NCBI RefSeq assembly: GCF_902652985.1
Contig: NC_047029.1
Coordinates: 38,440,001 to 38,504,000, forward strand
Reading direction: 5' to 3'
Source of the DNA: Pecten maximus
Lineage: Eukaryota
DNA: 64,000 bases
The translations under genes and the position numbers were made by a program. The notes beneath the pieces are model-generated. The model saw nothing but the letters and a program-made list of their open reading frames with translations. It was not told the DNA's origin and searched no databases. Positions 62,401-64,000 of the stretch are shown here, piece by piece; positions within the stretch are counted from its first letter, which is position 1, and the number at the start of each line of letters is the position of its first letter.

Positions 62401-63807
62401 ACATATAAAATCTGAGAAAGATCCCTTCAGTACCTTCTGTAAAATAGCGATAACAAACTTCAATTGTCAAAATATAAGATGGCTGCCTGTCGGCCATGTT
62501 GTTTTCCTATTGGTCCCAAGATGCCATATGCAAAACTACATACCAAGGGTAACCTACATATGAAATTTGAGAAAGATCCCTTCAGTACTTTCTCAGAAAT
62601 AGTGATAACAAACTTCAATTGTCAAAACCCAAGATGGCTGCCTGTCAGCCATGTTGTTTTCCAACCCGTCCCAAAATGCAATATGCACAACGACATACCA
62701 AGGGTAACAAACATATGAAATTTGAGAAAGATCCCTTCAGTACTTTCTCAGAAATAGTGATAACAAACTTCAATTGTCAAAATCAAAGATGGCTGCCTGT
62801 CGTCCATGTTGTTTTCCGATCGGTCCCAAAATGCAATATGCATAACGAGGGACCAAGGGCAACCTACATATGAAATTTGAGAAAGATCTCTTCAGTACTT
62901 TCTAAGAAATAGCGATAACAAACTTCAATTGTCAAAATCAAAGATGGCTGCCTGTCGTCCATGTTGTTTTCCGATCGGTCCCAAAATGCAATATGCATAA
63001 CTATGGACCAAGGGCAACCTACATATGAAATATGAGAAAGATCTCTTTAGTTCTTTCTGAGAAATAGTGATAACAAACTTCAATTGTCAAAATCCAAGAT
63101 GGCTGCCTGTCGGCCATGTTGTTTTCTGATCGGTCCCAAAATGCCATATGCATAACTAGGGACCAAGGGCAACCTACATATGAAATTTGAGAAAGATCTC
63201 TTCAGTACTTTCTCAGAAATAGCGATAACAAACTTCAATTGTCAAAATCCAAGATGGCTGCCTGTCAGCCATGTTGTTTTCCGACTGGTCAGTAAATAAA
63301 ATATTCATAACTATGGACCAAGGGCAACCTACATATGAAATTTGAGAAAGATCACTTCAGTACTTTCTCAGAAATTACGATAACAAACTTCAATTGTTCG
63401 GACTTCGGAACTTCGGACCACGGACGCAAGGCGATTTGAATAGTGGTCCACTAACATTTAGTTACTTCAACATGCATTTCCATGCACTAGTATATAGGGG
63501 CAGGGAAGAGAAATGAAACTAAGGCTGTAGATATCTTGTAAGTTAATTAAACATTACACCAGATACATTCTACTGGTACAACACCCTGTAGTTGTATTGA
63601 CAGTGTATACTGGTTTACATATGTACCTGGTACTGTCAGGTGTATAAGTTTGTCAGAATCTGTCTCGTTCCTGTAGAGCACCTTGACATAGGGTTTCCCC
63701 TTCCCCTCAGGTCTCCACATTTCTACCATCACACACGAGGAATACACCGGGGTCCTGTTGTTGAATACGTTCATCACTCGTAACAAAGCTGTCAGGGTTG
63801 AGTCATG
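56391..63807 (-). CDS. Membrane-anchored histidine acid phosphatase (lysosomal/prostatic ACP2-like), last three exons; 5' part lies beyond the window
   Basis: Exons 63807-63627 (HDSTLTALL...PVYSSCVMVEMW...YVKVLYRNET...LTVPG, with the catalytic HD), 59556-59446 (CGDICSLDDF...HAEC) and 56536-56391 (TM helix plus cytosolic tail with YXXphi motif YRPL); phases consistent. Confidence 0.88.
57218..59197. repeat. 33/36-bp minisatellite (about 58 units) in the last acid phosphatase intron
   Basis: Unit TACCATCTTATCATATGATAGTGAGTGTCCCTA with or without TGA; each unit has the 12-bp palindrome TATCATATGATA. Confidence 0.97.
59617..61505 (+). mobile_element. Full-length Helentron-type (HINE/pearl-like) non-autonomous element with about 10 core repeats of about 158 bp
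   Basis: 5' TTAGCTCACCTG...AGGTGAGCT subterminal inverted pair, GTCC microsatellite, core repeats (CAAAATTGTACAAATG at about 59753, 59911, 60069, 60227...), 3' AGGTGAGC plus hairpin AGGCCCTCTGGGCCT, T-rich flanks. Confidence 0.88.
61683..63456 (-). mobile_element. Second Helentron-type family: two joined copies with about 155-bp core repeats
   Basis: End module AACAAG...GGGATCTTGGC.CCCACCATTGAATGATC occurs at 61683 and 62144 (hairpin AGATCCCAGAGGGATCT); core AAACTTCAATTGTCAAAA recurs every about 155 bp; CGGAC tract at the right end. Confidence 0.8.
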
Positions 63808-64000
63808 CTGAAAAAGAGAAAAATTTACATGTAAAACAAAAATATAACTAAAGCTGAGATATCAACTAAAGCTGAGATATCTGCATGCAACTAAAACACA
63901 CATACATGTACATATATATAACATACATAGTAACAAAATTGACGAAGGAAGATTTAAGACATAAGCCTTGAACTCACGACCTAAGGCACCCAATAGCCTC

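Noticed and set aside
60226-62873. Similar short ORF pairs (60226/60700; 62348/62464/62619) as a gene family
   Set aside because: They are translations of the 155-158-bp transposon core repeats.

Overview
AT-rich, intron-rich eukaryotic DNA, inferred to be a bivalve mollusc from its repeat families. It has one 352-N assembly gap (25179-25530). Manual splicing gives six protein-coding genes, most only fragmentary in the ORF track. (1-2) Two tandem minus-strand paralogues encode uncharacterised secreted 8-cysteine proteins of about 170 aa (610-2992, 5095-8102). (3) A co-oriented 11-exon, about 1178-aa chitin synthase (9261-19026) has no myosin head and carries an about 130-aa acidic insert in the catalytic domain. 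(4-5) SPAG6 (33761-38466, -) and CISD3 (38798-47505, +) are head-to-head with 331 bp between start codons. (6) The last three exons of a membrane-anchored histidine acid phosphatase (ACP2-like) lie at 56391-63807 (-). The rest is dense with tRNA-derived SINEs, MITEs, Helentron-type (HINE/pearl-like) elements, LINE and Penelope remnants, and at least ten tandem arrays. Main highlights: the compact chitin synthase plus secreted-protein-pair cluster; tandem arrays that start exactly on functional landmarks (a stop codon, a 3' splice site, a transposon end); and a possible 7.4-kb acid phosphatase 3'UTR made mostly of three satellites. The long ORFs at 22.5-23.2 kb and 57-59 kb are repeat artefacts.
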